A stretch of DNA of 64,000 nt from Planctomycetota bacterium (GCA_024277065.1 JAJRVY010000272.1:6767-70766); one strand, 5' to 3'; shown: positions 36,553-47,703, counted from the stretch's first letter. Notes: generated by a model from the letters alone, not told the origin. Made by a program: numbers and translations.

Positions 36553-37733
36553 CGGCGATCGACGGACGGTCCGAGACCTCTGCGGCGGGCGACCACCCGC
36601 TGCCCCCGCTCGACGCACGTGCCCGCGTCTGGGCCGAGATCGACCTCGGCGCGCTCGAACGCAATTTCCGCTACCTGGAACAGCGGCTGCCCGAGACGAC
36701 GCGCATCATGGCCGTGCTCAAGGCGAACGCGTACGGGCACGGCGCCGTGATCACCGCGCGCAAGCTCGCGGAGCTCGGCGTGGCGATGCTCGGGGTCGGG
36801 GACTCCAGCGAGGCACTCGAGTTGCGCGAGGCCGGCATCGACGCTCCCGTGCTCGTGCTCGGCGCCATCGTCCCGGGTGAGATGGAGGCGCTGGTCCGCG
36901 GCGACATCGCGACGTGCATCCACTCGCACGACCGCGCGCGTCTGCTGTCGAACGTCGCGCGCGCCCTCGGCAGGCGGGTGCGCGTACACATCAAGATCGA
37001 CACCGGCATGGGGCGCCTCGGCGTGCGACCCGAGGTCGCGTGCGGGCTCGCCAAGCAGCTCGCGGACGATCCGCACATCGTACTCGAGGGCGTCTGCACG
37101 CACTACGGCAGCGCCGCGTCGCCGGTGCCCTTCCACACGTCCGAGCAGATCTCGCTCTTCGTGCGCATCGTCCAGGAGATCCGCGCCTTCGGCGTGCAAC
37201 CGAAGTTCCTGCACGCCAGCAACTCGGCCGCCGTCTTCTCGACCCTCTCGGAGCACTTCTCGATGGCGCGCGTCGGTCTGGCCCTGTTCGGTCTCAACCC
37301 CGGCAACCTGCCGCTCGGGACGCCGCCCATCGACCCCGTCCTGGCGCTGCGCTCCCAGGTGGCGTTCCTCAAGGACGTCCCCGAGGGCACGCCGGTGGGC
37401 TACAATCGCATGTGCCTGACACGCCGCGCGACGCGCCTCGCCGTGCTGCCCCTCGGCTACAACGACGGACTGCCCTACGCGCTCTCGAACCGCGCCTTCG
37501 TGCTGATCCGCGGCGAACGCGCCCCCGTCCTCGGTGCCATCTCCATGGACTACACGACGGTGGACGTGACGGACATCGCCGGCGTGGGCGTCGGCGACCG
37601 CGCCACCGTCATCGGCGCCGACGGCAAGCAGCGCATCACCGTCGAGGACCTGGCACGCACGATCGGCACGATCCCGTACGAGATCACGACGCGTCTCGGC
37701 ATCCGCGTCGCCCGCATCCCCGTCTCACACTGA
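36549..37733 (+). CDS. alr: Alanine racemase.
   Basis: VLKANAYGHG PLP-lysine motif. ATGA overlap with tsaB. Confidence 0.9.
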   Translation: MTAIDGRSETSAAGDHPLPPLDARARVWAEIDLGALERNFRYLEQRLPETTRIMAVLKANAYGHGAVITARKLAELGVAMLGVGDSSEALELREAGIDAPVLVLGAIVPGEMEALVRGDIATCIHSHDRARLLSNVARALGRRVRVHIKIDTGMGRLGVRPEVACGLAKQLADDPHIVLEGVCTHYGSAASPVPFHTSEQISLFVRIVQEIRAFGVQPKFLHASNSAAVFSTLSEHFSMARVGLALFGLNPGNLPLGTPPIDPVLALRSQVAFLKDVPEGTPVGYNRMCLTRRATRLAVLPLGYNDGLPYALSNRAFVLIRGERAPVLGAISMDYTTVDVTDIAGVGVGDRATVIGADGKQRITVEDLARTIGTIPYEITTRLGIRVARIPVSH

Positions 37734-37896
37734 TCCCGTCTCGATCGCCGCGCACCCGGCGCGCGGCTCGGCTCCGCAGTGAGTCGCGTCGTCGAGGCGC
37801 CTTGCCCCGCGCCGTCTCGCTCGCCCTCGGTCCTACGAGCTCATTCCTGCGCGGGCCCATGCGGAACGCGAGCGCGTGCGTGATGGGAGGATGTGC

Positions 37897-38375
37897 ATGA
37901 CGAAGTCGTGGATCTGGTCGCGCGCGCTCGGCGCGGCGGCCCTGGCTCCCTTCCTCCTGGCCGCCCTCCTCCTGGCCGCCTGGGCGCCGGACGGGCCGGC
38001 AAGGGGGGAGAAGGTGGACGTCGCAGCGCTTCTGGACACGTTCTCCGCCGCATGGCCGGCGGACCGCATCGACCACCGCACGCCCGGCGACGACTCCTGG
38101 AAGGTCTACGTGCGCACGCTGCGCGACGCCGTCGCGACCGGCGACGCGGCCGCGCTACGCGACGGCCTGCAGCACGAGAACCGGCAGGTGCGGGCCCTGT
38201 GCGCCCGGGCCCTGGGCTACCTCGCTCGCCCCGCGTCGGCCGCGCCACTGACGCGTGCGCTCGCGGACGGCTGGGCGACGTGGTCCACCGGGCGGGGCCG
38301 GTCGAGACGCCCAACCCGCTCGCAGCGCTCGACGACTACCTCACCGCGCGGGCCCCTACCTCAGAAGCTCGGTGA
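37897..38375 (+). pseudogene. HEAT-repeat (PBS-lyase-like) protein with an apparent frameshift near 38285.
   Basis: GGGAGGA RBS. Signal/TM N-terminus. ..ENRQVRALCARALGYLARPASAAPLTRALADG, then the plausible sequence continues in another frame (..DVVHRAGPVETPNPLAALDDYLTARAP*). Confidence 0.3.
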
Positions 38376-39339
38376 CGAAGGGCCGCAGGGCCGCCGCCGC
38401 GATCCCGTGCGCGGCGGCGTTGGGATGGTGGTCCGTGGGGTGTACCCAGAGCGCTGCCTCGTCGCGACCGGCGAACGCCGCGCCGAGGTCGAGGTACGGG
38501 ATGCCCGCGACGCGGCACTTGCGGCTGAGTTCGGCGTGGACGTCGGCGAGCGGCAGATCGTCCAGGCGGTGCAGCAGCGGGAAGCAGGCGACGCCGAGCC
38601 GGGCGCCGGCGCGCGCGCACTCCTCTGCGGCGACCTGCAGAGCGACCCCGAGTCCGTCGCCGAAGCGGCGGTTGGCGCCGAGCCAGTACGAGCGATACCA
38701 CTCCTCGGTGGCGCGCGCCGCCCCCGGCGCGCGCAGCAGCGCGAGCAGCCGCAGGCCGCCAGCGCCCGGGAGGGCGAGGAGATCGCCGCCGTCACGTCGC
38801 TGGGCGTGCGCGATCGGCACGGCGTCGTTGGGCTGGGCGACGATCAGCACGGCCCGCGGGCGGCGCGCGGCGAGCAGTTCGGGGAGTACGGCGACCTCGT
38901 CCATCGTGGACCAGCCGGGCACGCCGGCGTTGTAGATGCCCGCGCCCGCGAGGACGTCCCGCGACGAGGCCGCGAGCCGCTCGGTGAACCTGTCCGGGAC
39001 GCGCACGCCCTCGCCGAAGGTGAACGAGTCCCCCATCACGAGCAACGCCGTCGGGATTCCTGCGGCGGCGCCCGAGCGGTACCCCGCGGCGTCGATCTCG
39101 TAGCTCAGCGCGGCGCCCGGCGGCAGCGCGCCCAGCGGATCGCCGTCCCACTCCTCACGGAAGCTCGTGCCGGGCGCCAAACGGTAGAGCGGCCCGCCCT
39201 CGCCGCCGGGCACGATCACGGGCTGGCCGCGACGCGGTGCGAGACGCGGCGCAGCCAGCCGCAGTGAGGCCTCGGCGAGCACGAGAGCCAGCAACGTCGC
39301 CGCGGCGGCGAGCACGAGCCGGGAGCGTGTTCGTCGCAT
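38356..39339 (-). CDS. SGNH/GDSL-family hydrolase (327 aa).
   Basis: N-terminal signal/TM. GDSFTFGEG block I, and a DHHPN catalytic Asp/His block near the C-terminus. Confidence 0.75.
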   Translation of the reverse strand: MRRTRSRLVLAAAATLLALVLAEASLRLAAPRLAPRRGQPVIVPGGEGGPLYRLAPGTSFREEWDGDPLGALPPGAALSYEIDAAGYRSGAAAGIPTALLVMGDSFTFGEGVRVPDRFTERLAASSRDVLAGAGIYNAGVPGWSTMDEVAVLPELLAARRPRAVLIVAQPNDAVPIAHAQRRDGGDLLALPGAGGLRLLALLRAPGAARATEEWYRSYWLGANRRFGDGLGVALQVAAEECARAGARLGVACFPLLHRLDDLPLADVHAELSRKCRVAGIPYLDLGAAFAGRDEAALWVHPTDHHPNAAAHGIAAAALRPFVTELLR

Positions 39340-39390
39340 GCACTTCGTTCTAGTCCACCCCGGCACTGCGACGTACCGTTCTCCGGTCCC

Positions 39391-42300
39391 ATGCGCGCCC
39401 GCAACCGTCTGGCCCTCGCCGCTGCGGGGGCCCTCTGTCTGATCGCCACGGTCTACGTGACCGCCACCCGGCGCAGCGCCGTGGAGGCGCGGCTGCGCGC
39501 GCTGCTCGCAGCGCAGCTCCGCGCGCCCTGCGTCTTCGAGAGCGCCGAGTTCAGTTTCCTGGGCGGGTTCACGATCACGGGCCTGCGCGTGCTCGATCCG
39601 GAGGACCCCCTGCGTCCGCCGCTCGTCGAGGTCGGCGAGGCGCGCCTCGACTTCAATCTCGATCTGCTCGGGCGCGGCCCCCACGTCACCCTCGTGCAAC
39701 TGCGGCGGCCGGTGGTGCGCGTGACCGCAGACCGTGACGGCAGGCTGCTCCTGCTCCAGGTCGCCGCACCGCCCGAGGCCGGGCAGCCGACGCCGGTGCT
39801 GCCGGTCATCCGGATCTTCGACGGCACGGTGGTACTCGACGGTCCGCCGACGCTGCCCGTGGGCGACGGAGCGGTGCTCACGAGCATCCGCGCGGACGTC
39901 ATCTCGGAGGACGGCCGCGTGGCGGTGCGCAGCGGCCACGCCCGCGGCGCGGCGCTCGGGCCGCTGGACTTCACGGTGGACCTCGGCGGAGACGGGCGCT
40001 CGATCACGGCCACCGTTCGCGCCAGCGAGATCGACGCCCGCGAGTTCCGAGAGCACGCCCGGCTCGAGGCCGTCACCCGCGTGCTCGAACGTCTCGACGT
40101 CGTGGGGCGCGCATCCGCCGACATCGTCCTGGACATCGAGGGCGGCGCCGTCACCGGAAGCCGCGTCGAGCTGCGTATCGAGGACGCTGCGGCCACGGTC
40201 ACGCTCACCGACGAACCGCAATGGACGCCGCCCGAACCGTTTCGCGTCGCGCTCCGCGAAACCCACATCACGTTCGTGAACGGTCACGTCGAGGTCGAGC
40301 GGGCGCGGGGCGAGGCTCTCGGCGCGGCCTTCGAGGTCTCGGGCAGCGCCGACATCGGCCGTGTGCTCGGCATCGGGGCCGACGTGGCGCCCGCGCTCGA
40401 CGTGACGCTGCGGGTGACCGGCGCCCACGTCGGACCGGAACTCGAGGCCTACGTTCCCGAGTACCTGCGCCGCATCCGCCAGGCGTTCTCGCTCGTCGGG
40501 GGGACCGACGCCGAGTTCCACATCCGCGGCCCGCTCGAGGAGCCGTCGGTGGACGGCACGTTGGGCGTGCGCGGCATCAGCGCCGCGTACGCGGGCTACG
40601 TCGATGACGAGACCGGTGAGCGACACGGGTTCCCGTGGAAAGTGGACGACCTGCAAGGGACCGTCACGGTCGCCGGCGCGCGCGTCAGCTTCGACGCCCG
40701 CGGCAGGCACGGTGCCGCGTCCGTCGCCGTCAGCGGGTTCCACGACTCGACGCCGGAGAACGGTCCACGCACGAGTGTGACGATCGCTGCGACGGACGTG
40801 CCCCTCGACGCAGCGCTCGGGCGGGCGTTCGGCGATCGCGAGGACGCCACTCTCGGGCCGTGGCGCCCCGAGGGCGTGGCCGCCCGCATCGACGTCATCG
40901 TCACCGAGGACCCCGCCGTCGCCGGCGGCGAGGTCGGCACCGACGTCGTGGCGCTGCTGGACGGGCGCGCCGGCTTCACACCCGACGTGTTTCCCGTGCC
41001 CCTGCAGGGCACGCGCGGCACGCTGCGCATCCTCGAGCCGGAGGTGGACGGGCGGCGCGTGTCACGCGTCGTGCTCGAGGGCATCGGCGCGGCCGGGGAC
41101 GGCTTCCGCATCGTCGCGGTCGATGGCGTCATCGAGGGGCACGACGAGGATCTGCGCATCGCCATCGACGTGGAGCGTCTCTCCGGACCGTTCCGCGCAG
41201 GCGTGCTCGGCTCGGACGCGTTGCCCGAGAACACCAAGGACGCGGTCCGCCGCCTCGCCCCGACGGGGAGCGCGGCCCTCGAGGCGCGGCTACGAAGCGC
41301 GAACGGGGAACGCGACGACGTCGTCACGGCGACGCTGCGAGGCACCGGCGTGCGCGGCTGGGGCGACGTGCCGCTCGCCGCGGACGCCCTCGTGGGCCGC
41401 ATCCGGTACGAGGACGACACGCTCGTGGCCGAGGACGTGAGGGGCACCGTGCTGGGAGGCGCCGTGCTGCGCCTTCGCGGCTCCCTCGCGAACCTCTCGG
41501 CGGACACGCCCGAGCCGCGGCTCGAGATCGCGGCCGAGGGACTGCCCCTCGGGGACGAGCTGCGCGACGGCCTCGGCACGTTGGCGCGGGATGCCGCGGC
41601 CGCGTGGGACGAGCTCGCCCCGGCGCCCGACGCGCGCGCCGACGTCTCGTTGACCGTGCGCCCGCCCGGAGACCCGGCAGGCGAGCTGACGCTGCGGCTA
41701 CGCGATCTACGCGGCGGCGTGCGCCTGCTCGGCCTGCCCATCGACGTCGAGATCGCGGACGTGACCTACGATCGAGGCGTCGTCAGCGGTTCCCTGCGGG
41801 GAGTGCGCGCAGGCGGCGAAATCGCGAGCGAGGCGTTCACGTACGACACCCACAGCGGCGACCTCGACGCGGAGGTCTCGGCGCGCGGCCTGGCCTTCCC
41901 GAGCGACCTCGTGCCGCTGCTTCCCGCAGAGGCTTCAGCGACCATCGCCAAGACACTGCGCCCGGCGCTCCTGCACGTACCACGCCTCATGCTGCGCTGG
42001 GACGCGGCGGCCCGCACGCTCTCCGCCGCGGGCGCGGTGGCGCTGCGCGACGCACGGTCCGCGGCGCCGGACGACGGGCTGCACGTGCGGACGTCCATCG
42101 CCATCGAGGAGCTCACGGTGACCCTGCCGGAGGACGCGCCGGCGACCATGGCCGGCCGCGTCGAGCTGCGCGAAACGTCGCTCGACCCGGGCGTGGCCAT
42201 CACCGAGCTCGCGGGCGCGGCCGCGATCGAGGGCACGTTCGGTGGCGACGACGACGCGTTCGCGGTGGACATCGCGAGCGGCCGGGCACGCGTGAGCGGG

Positions 42301-43062
42301 CTGCTCCTCGAGGACCTGAGCCTGCGGCTCGAGGTCGAGGGCGCGCGTATCCGCATCCCCGACATCACCGCCGAGATCTACGGCGGCAAGCTGACCGGCC
42401 GCTTCAATCGGGGTGGCGAACGCCTCGTCCATCGCGGCGCATTCGATGTCGTGGACGCGGACCTGGCGCAGTACGCGCGCGACCAGCAGCGCGAGGTGAT
42501 GGCCGGCACCGTGAACGGCGGACTGCGGTTCCGTGACCCCGGCGGACCCGGAAGCACCCTCGAGGGCAGCGGTCACGTCGAGCTCTCCGGCGCCGAGATC
42601 CGGCTCCCGTGGATCTCGGCGGCACTGCGCGCCATCGACGACGCGCTGTTCGGCATCGCGGCGATCGAGGGCAACTTCCACGCCGGGAACATGAAATTCG
42701 ACCTCCGCGGACGCCGCGTGCTGATCCGCGAACTCCATTTCGAGGGGCCCAGCGTGCCACTGCTCCTCGGCGCGACACTGGAGCTCCAGGACGGCCGCGG
42801 GGCCATCGAACTCGACGGCAACCGGATCGACCTCGTCGTCTACCCGCGCATGAAACTCGGAGTGCTCGGGCTCGACCCCACCGGGATCTTCGACCGCGTG
42901 GTCGGGCTGGCGCAGTTCATGGTGCGGCGGCTGCGCATCGAAGGGACCACGCGCAATCCGCGTGCGCGCTGGGAACTCATCGGTGGCGATCTCGACGAGG
43001 AGTTCCGGCGCCGCCCGCGACCGATCGGCGACGTGCGGCGCTCGGGCCCCGAGCCCTGGTGA
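39391..43062 (+). CDS. AsmA-family / TamB-like giant envelope protein (1223 aa).
   Basis: Single N-terminal TM (LALAAAGALCLIATVYV) followed by a long repetitive beta-rich periplasmic region. Family-level call only. Confidence 0.55.
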   Translation: MRARNRLALAAAGALCLIATVYVTATRRSAVEARLRALLAAQLRAPCVFESAEFSFLGGFTITGLRVLDPEDPLRPPLVEVGEARLDFNLDLLGRGPHVTLVQLRRPVVRVTADRDGRLLLLQVAAPPEAGQPTPVLPVIRIFDGTVVLDGPPTLPVGDGAVLTSIRADVISEDGRVAVRSGHARGAALGPLDFTVDLGGDGRSITATVRASEIDAREFREHARLEAVTRVLERLDVVGRASADIVLDIEGGAVTGSRVELRIEDAAATVTLTDEPQWTPPEPFRVALRETHITFVNGHVEVERARGEALGAAFEVSGSADIGRVLGIGADVAPALDVTLRVTGAHVGPELEAYVPEYLRRIRQAFSLVGGTDAEFHIRGPLEEPSVDGTLGVRGISAAYAGYVDDETGERHGFPWKVDDLQGTVTVAGARVSFDARGRHGAASVAVSGFHDSTPENGPRTSVTIAATDVPLDAALGRAFGDREDATLGPWRPEGVAARIDVIVTEDPAVAGGEVGTDVVALLDGRAGFTPDVFPVPLQGTRGTLRILEPEVDGRRVSRVVLEGIGAAGDGFRIVAVDGVIEGHDEDLRIAIDVERLSGPFRAGVLGSDALPENTKDAVRRLAPTGSAALEARLRSANGERDDVVTATLRGTGVRGWGDVPLAADALVGRIRYEDDTLVAEDVRGTVLGGAVLRLRGSLANLSADTPEPRLEIAAEGLPLGDELRDGLGTLARDAAAAWDELAPAPDARADVSLTVRPPGDPAGELTLRLRDLRGGVRLLGLPIDVEIADVTYDRGVVSGSLRGVRAGGEIASEAFTYDTHSGDLDAEVSARGLAFPSDLVPLLPAEASATIAKTLRPALLHVPRLMLRWDAAARTLSAAGAVALRDARSAAPDDGLHVRTSIAIEELTVTLPEDAPATMAGRVELRETSLDPGVAITELAGAAAIEGTFGGDDDAFAVDIASGRARVSGLLLEDLSLRLEVEGARIRIPDITAEIYGGKLTGRFNRGGERLVHRGAFDVVDADLAQYARDQQREVMAGTVNGGLRFRDPGGPGSTLEGSGHVELSGAEIRLPWISAALRAIDDALFGIAAIEGNFHAGNMKFDLRGRRVLIRELHFEGPSVPLLLGATLELQDGRGAIELDGNRIDLVVYPRMKLGVLGLDPTGIFDRVVGLAQFMVRRLRIEGTTRNPRARWELIGGDLDEEFRRRPRPIGDVRRSGPEPW

Positions 43063-43153
43063 ACGCGGCGCCGGGATCTGCAATCCACGGCGCAGAGAGG
43101 ACGATGGCGGGAAATCCCCGTGGCCGCGGCGGGCACACGCGGACAATCGCAGT

Positions 43154-44233
43154 GTGAACATCCACGCAGCCGTTCTCGCCGGAGGCTCGGGCACGAGGTT
43201 CTGGCCCGCCGGCACCCTGGACGTCCCGAAGCAGATGCTGCCGCTCACGGGGGGGGAGCCGCTCATCTGCGAGACCGTGGCGCGCCTGCGGGGGCTCGTG
43301 ACACCCGAGCGGACGTTCGTCGTGACCGGCGCGCGCTACGCCGACCGGGTGCGCACTCTGCTTCCGCAGTTGCCGCGCGACAACGTCCTGGGCGAACCAC
43401 GTCCACGCAACACGGCGGCCGCCTGCGCCCTGGCCGCGCACCGCGCACTGCGCGACGACGCGGACGCGGTGATGGTCGTCCTGCCCTCGGACCACGTGAT
43501 CGCCCCCGACGACGAGCTGCGCGCGCAACTCCTCACGGCCTGCGAGCGCGCGAACGCCGCCCGGACGCTGGTCACGCTCGGACTGACGCCGCGCTTCGCC
43601 GCGACCGGCTACGGCTGGATCGAGACCGGCGCGGCGGCGGCACCGGGCGCCGGCGGCGAGGTGCGCGCGGTCACGCGCTTCACCGAGAAGCCCGACCGAG
43701 AGACGGCGGAGGCGTTCCTGGCGGGCGGCGGCCATCTCTGGAACCTCGGGCTGTTTGCGTGGCGCGCCGACGTGCTGCTGGAAGAGATCGCACGCCACCA
43801 GCCCGGAGTCGCGGCGCCCCTCGCGGCCGCCGCCCCGGCGCTCGGCACGGCGGACGAACCGGCCGCCCTCGCCGCGGCCTTCGACGCCTGCACGTCGATC
43901 TCGATCGACCACGGCGTGCTGGAGCACTCCACACGCATCGAGTGCCTCCCGTGCGGCTTCGAGTGGGACGATCTCGGCGCCTTCCCCGCACTCCTACGGC
44001 ACCTCCCGACCGACGCGGACGGCAACGCCGCGGTGGGACCGCTGCTGGCACTCGACGCACGTGGCTGCGTGGCCTTCTCCGAGGACGGCGACATGACCGC
44101 GCTGCTCGGCGTGAGCGACCTGATCGTCGTCCACGCGAACGGCGTCACGCTCGTCGCGCCGCTGACACGCGCCGAGGACGTCCGGCGACTGGTGGCCGAG
44201 CTCGCGGCGCGGGGGCTCGAGAGGTTCCGGTGA
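43154..44233 (+). CDS. manC: Mannose-1-phosphate guanylyltransferase.
   Basis: AAVLAGGSGTRFWP... and GYGWIE motifs. About 360 aa with no PMI domain. Confidence 0.85.
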   Translation: MNIHAAVLAGGSGTRFWPAGTLDVPKQMLPLTGGEPLICETVARLRGLVTPERTFVVTGARYADRVRTLLPQLPRDNVLGEPRPRNTAAACALAAHRALRDDADAVMVVLPSDHVIAPDDELRAQLLTACERANAARTLVTLGLTPRFAATGYGWIETGAAAAPGAGGEVRAVTRFTEKPDRETAEAFLAGGGHLWNLGLFAWRADVLLEEIARHQPGVAAPLAAAAPALGTADEPAALAAAFDACTSISIDHGVLEHSTRIECLPCGFEWDDLGAFPALLRHLPTDADGNAAVGPLLALDARGCVAFSEDGDMTALLGVSDLIVVHANGVTLVAPLTRAEDVRRLVAELAARGLERFR

Positions 44234-44655
44234 CCGTCCGCGCCATCGGCATCGACTTCGGGGAGAAGCGCATCGGCGTGGCGGCGACGGACTGGCTCGG
44301 TCTCGCCGCGAGGCCACTCGAGATCGTCACCTCGACGCCGCGCGACGCCGCGGCGGATCGCATCGCGGAGATCGCCCGCGAGCGCGAGGCAACGGTGCTG
44401 GTCATCGGGATGCCGGCGAACATGGACGGTTCCCGCCATGACTCCGAGCCCCAGGTGCGCGCGTTCGCACGCCGCTGCGCCGAGCGCACGAACCTGCCGG
44501 TGGAATTCGTGGACGAGCGCCTCAGCACGGTCGAGGCGGAGCGGCTCATGCGCGAGACGGGCAAGCGCCGCCGGCACCAGCGGGCGCTCGTGGACATGTT
44601 CTCCGCAGCGGTCATCCTCGGCGACTGGCTCGCGGCGCACCCGGGCGATCACTGA
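44230..44655 (+). CDS. ruvX: Putative pre-16S rRNA nuclease YqgF/RuvX.
   Basis: IGIDFGEKRIGVA N-terminus. GTGA overlap with manC. Confidence 0.85.
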   Translation: MTVRAIGIDFGEKRIGVAATDWLGLAARPLEIVTSTPRDAAADRIAEIAREREATVLVIGMPANMDGSRHDSEPQVRAFARRCAERTNLPVEFVDERLSTVEAERLMRETGKRRRHQRALVDMFSAAVILGDWLAAHPGDH

Positions 44656-44842
44656 CGCTCCCGCGCGGCAGGCCGCCCTCGATCGGGCGCCGGACGCTCG
44701 GATTATCGGTCGCAGGAACAGGAGTGCGGGCTACCGTCCGCCGCTCGGTCCCCTACCGGAGGGGACACTCGAATGGGACCCGGGCGGCGGTTGCGGCGGA
44801 TCCGCGTACTGCTCCCCGTGGTGACGAGACAGAGGCGAAGAG

Positions 44843-45118
44843 ATGTCGATCACGAAGGAAGAGAAGACGGAGTTGGTAGCCGAGTACGGCCTGTCCGAAG
44901 GGGACACCGGCTCGACGGAGGTGCAGGTCGCGCTGCTCACGAAGCGCATCCGGAGCCTGACCGAGCACCTCAAGATGCACAAGAAGGACCACGCCTCCCG
45001 CCGGGGGCTCCTCAAGCTGGTGGGGCGCCGTGCGGCACTCCTCAAGTACCTCGCTCGCACCGAGCGCCCGCGCTACCTCGAGCTGGTTCAGCGCCTGGGC
45101 ATTCGCCGCAAGAACTAG
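44843..45118 (+). CDS. rpsO: 30S ribosomal protein S15.
   Basis: [12 protein letters not shown]...[16 protein letters not shown]. Confidence 0.95.
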   Translation: MSITKEEKTELVAEYGLSEGDTGSTEVQVALLTKRIRSLTEHLKMHKKDHASRRGLLKLVGRRAALLKYLARTERPRYLELVQRLGIRRKN

Positions 45119-45448
45119 CGGTACCGACAGCGAGACCGCCTCTCGGCGGCGCCACGTGACCGCGGGCCCCGGCTCGCGCAACCTGGTCCGAGGCCGGTGT
45201 CCGTGCAACGACACGAACTCCCGCGACGCGGGGGTGCCCGTGAAGTGCGGAACGTGACGGCGCGAGCGCGCCGGCGTCCCGCGCGACGGCAGCCGGATCC
45301 GCCCGAGGACGCAGCACGCCCGACGCGCTGCTCCCCGGCCACGTCCGGCTGAGAACGGACGACAACGAAACCGAGCCCCACACGACGTGGGGCCAACGAT
45401 GGCCCGGGCGCAGGAGGGATGCCTCCGCCGGGCGAAGGAGAACGCAGT
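45119..45448 (+). promoter_or_regulatory. rpsO terminator/attenuator and the long structured pnp 5' leader.
   Basis: Hairpin CCGCC-tctc-GGCGG just after the rpsO stop. Hairpin CCCCAC-acgac-GTGGGG about 50 nt before the pnp RBS. A 330-nt leader is typical of autoregulated pnp. Confidence 0.4.
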
Positions 45449-47632
45449 ATGGCTCACGTTGTGAGCGTGCCCGTCGGGGCACACGAGATGAAGTTCGAGA
45501 CAGGACGTCTGGCGCGCATGGCGGCCGGATCCTGCATCGTCACCATCGGCGACACGATCGTGCTCGCCGCCGCGTCCCACGGGACGCCGCGCTTCAAGAT
45601 GAACTTCCTGCCGCTGACGATGGACTACCGCGAGAAGATGTACGCGGGCGGTCTGATCCCCGGTGGGTTCTTCAAGCGCGAGGGTCGCCCTTCGGAGAAG
45701 GAGATCCTCACCATGCGGATGATGGACCGCCCGATGCGGCCCCTCTTCCCCACCGGCCTGCAGCGCGACATCCAGGTCCAGGCGGCGGTGCTGTCCTCGG
45801 ACCGCGAGATCGACGGCGACGTGCTCGCCATCAACGCCGGCTCGGCCGCGCTCGCCCTGTCGAACCTGCCCTGGGACGGCCCCGTCGGCGCCGTGCGCAT
45901 CGGTCGCGTCGATGGCAACTGGATCCTCAACCCCACGCTCACCGAGCGTGAGGAGAGCGACATCGACATGGTCGTCGTCGGCACGCTCCAGGCCATCACG
46001 ATGGTCGAGGCCTCCGCGAAGGAGCTTCCCGAGGCCGAGATGGTGCGCGCCCTCGAGATCGCGCACGAGACGATCGCCGCGATCTGCAAGGCCCAGGCCG
46101 AACTCGTCGCCCTCGGCGGCAAGCCGAAGATGGAGTTCGAGGGACCGGCCGAGAACGCCGATCTTCTGGCGCGGATCAGCGAGATGCGCGACCGCATCGA
46201 GACCGCGCACCGCACGCCCGGCAACAAGCACGAGCGCAACGCGGCGCACAAGGCATGCCTCGCGGCGATCGTCGCCGAGGTCTGCCCGGCCGATGCCGAC
46301 GGCAACGTGGACGCCACGTGCGTCGAGATCGCCAAGCGCTACGCCGAGCAGGTGTCGCAGGAGGTCTTCCGCGCGGTCTGCCTGTCCGGCAAGCGTTACG
46401 ACGATCGCGCGCCGAGCGACGTGCGCGCGCTCGAGTGCGAGGCCAGTTTCCTGCCGCGCACGCACGGCTCCGCGTTCTTCCAGCGCGGCGAGACACAGAC
46501 GCTCTCGGTCGTGACCCTCGGCACGAAGCGCGAGGAGCAGCTCATCGAGGGCCTGCACGAGACCTACTACCGCAAGTTCATGCTGCACTACAATTTCCCG
46601 AACTTCTGCGTCGGCGACACCAAGCCGATCCGCGGGACGAGCCGCCGCGAGGTGGGTCACGGGAAGCTCGGCGAACGCGCGCTCCAGGCAGTGCTGCCGG
46701 AACACGAGGACTTCCCGTACACGATCCGCATCGTGTCCGAGACCCTAGAGTCCAACGGCTCCTCGTCGATGGCCAGCGTCTGCGCGGGCACGCTCGCACT
46801 GATGGACGCCGGCGTGAAGATCAGTCAGCCGGTGGCGGGCATCGCCATGGGCCTGATCAAGGATGGCGACCGTGAGGTCATCATGACCGACATCGCAGGC
46901 AAGGAAGATGCCTGGGGCGACATGGACTTCAAGGTCGCCGGCACCCAGCGCGGCATCACCGCGCTGCAGATGGACATCAAGATCGACGGCGTGTCCAGCG
47001 ACCTGTTGCAGCGCGCCCTCGAGCAGGCCAAGGAAGCCCGCATCCACATTCTGAAGACGATGCTCGGTGCACTGCGCCGGCCGCGCACGGAACTCAACCG
47101 CTTCGCGCCGCGCCTCGAGCGCATCTACATCCCGAAGGACAAGATCGGCGCCATCATCGGCCCCGGCGGCAAGATCATCCGGCAGATGCAGGAGGACTAC
47201 GAGGTCACGATCAACGTCGATGACGACGGTGCCGTGACGATCTACTCCACGAACGCCGCCGGCATCGAGGCGGCCAAGGCCCAGATCGAGGGCATGACGC
47301 AGGAAGCCGAGATCGGCCGCGACTACATCGGCAAGGTGATCTCCATCAAGGACTTCGGCGCGTTCCTCGAGATCGCCCCGGGTATGGAGGCGCTCTGCCA
47401 CGTCAGTGAGCTGGATGACGCCTACGTCGAGCGTCCGGACGACGTCGTCCAGATGGGCGACGAGATCAAGGTGCGCTGCATCAACGTCGATCCCTCCGGC
47501 AAGGTGAAGGTGTCGCGCAAGGCCGTCATCCGCGAGGAGAAGGGCCTGCCCCCGGAGCCGTCGTCGGGCGGCGGCGGTGGACGCCGGGGTGGCGGGGATC
47601 GCGGTGGCCGCGGTCGTCGCGACCGGCGCTGA
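45449..47632 (+). CDS. pnp: Polyribonucleotide nucleotidyltransferase (PNPase) with an RGG-rich tail.
   Basis: Two RNase PH domains, KH and S1 domains, FFKREGRPSEKEIL motif. GGAG RBS. Confidence 0.95.
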   Translation: MAHVVSVPVGAHEMKFETGRLARMAAGSCIVTIGDTIVLAAASHGTPRFKMNFLPLTMDYREKMYAGGLIPGGFFKREGRPSEKEILTMRMMDRPMRPLFPTGLQRDIQVQAAVLSSDREIDGDVLAINAGSAALALSNLPWDGPVGAVRIGRVDGNWILNPTLTEREESDIDMVVVGTLQAITMVEASAKELPEAEMVRALEIAHETIAAICKAQAELVALGGKPKMEFEGPAENADLLARISEMRDRIETAHRTPGNKHERNAAHKACLAAIVAEVCPADADGNVDATCVEIAKRYAEQVSQEVFRAVCLSGKRYDDRAPSDVRALECEASFLPRTHGSAFFQRGETQTLSVVTLGTKREEQLIEGLHETYYRKFMLHYNFPNFCVGDTKPIRGTSRREVGHGKLGERALQAVLPEHEDFPYTIRIVSETLESNGSSSMASVCAGTLALMDAGVKISQPVAGIAMGLIKDGDREVIMTDIAGKEDAWGDMDFKVAGTQRGITALQMDIKIDGVSSDLLQRALEQAKEARIHILKTMLGALRRPRTELNRFAPRLERIYIPKDKIGAIIGPGGKIIRQMQEDYEVTINVDDDGAVTIYSTNAAGIEAAKAQIEGMTQEAEIGRDYIGKVISIKDFGAFLEIAPGMEALCHVSELDDAYVERPDDVVQMGDEIKVRCINVDPSGKVKVSRKAVIREEKGLPPEPSSGGGGGRRGGGDRGGRGRRDRR

Positions 47633-47703
47633 GCGACGGAAGAACCTCGACGGGTGTGCGGCAGCGCGTGCAGGGCACGCGTGCCGCGCCCCGATCGGAC
47701 ATC

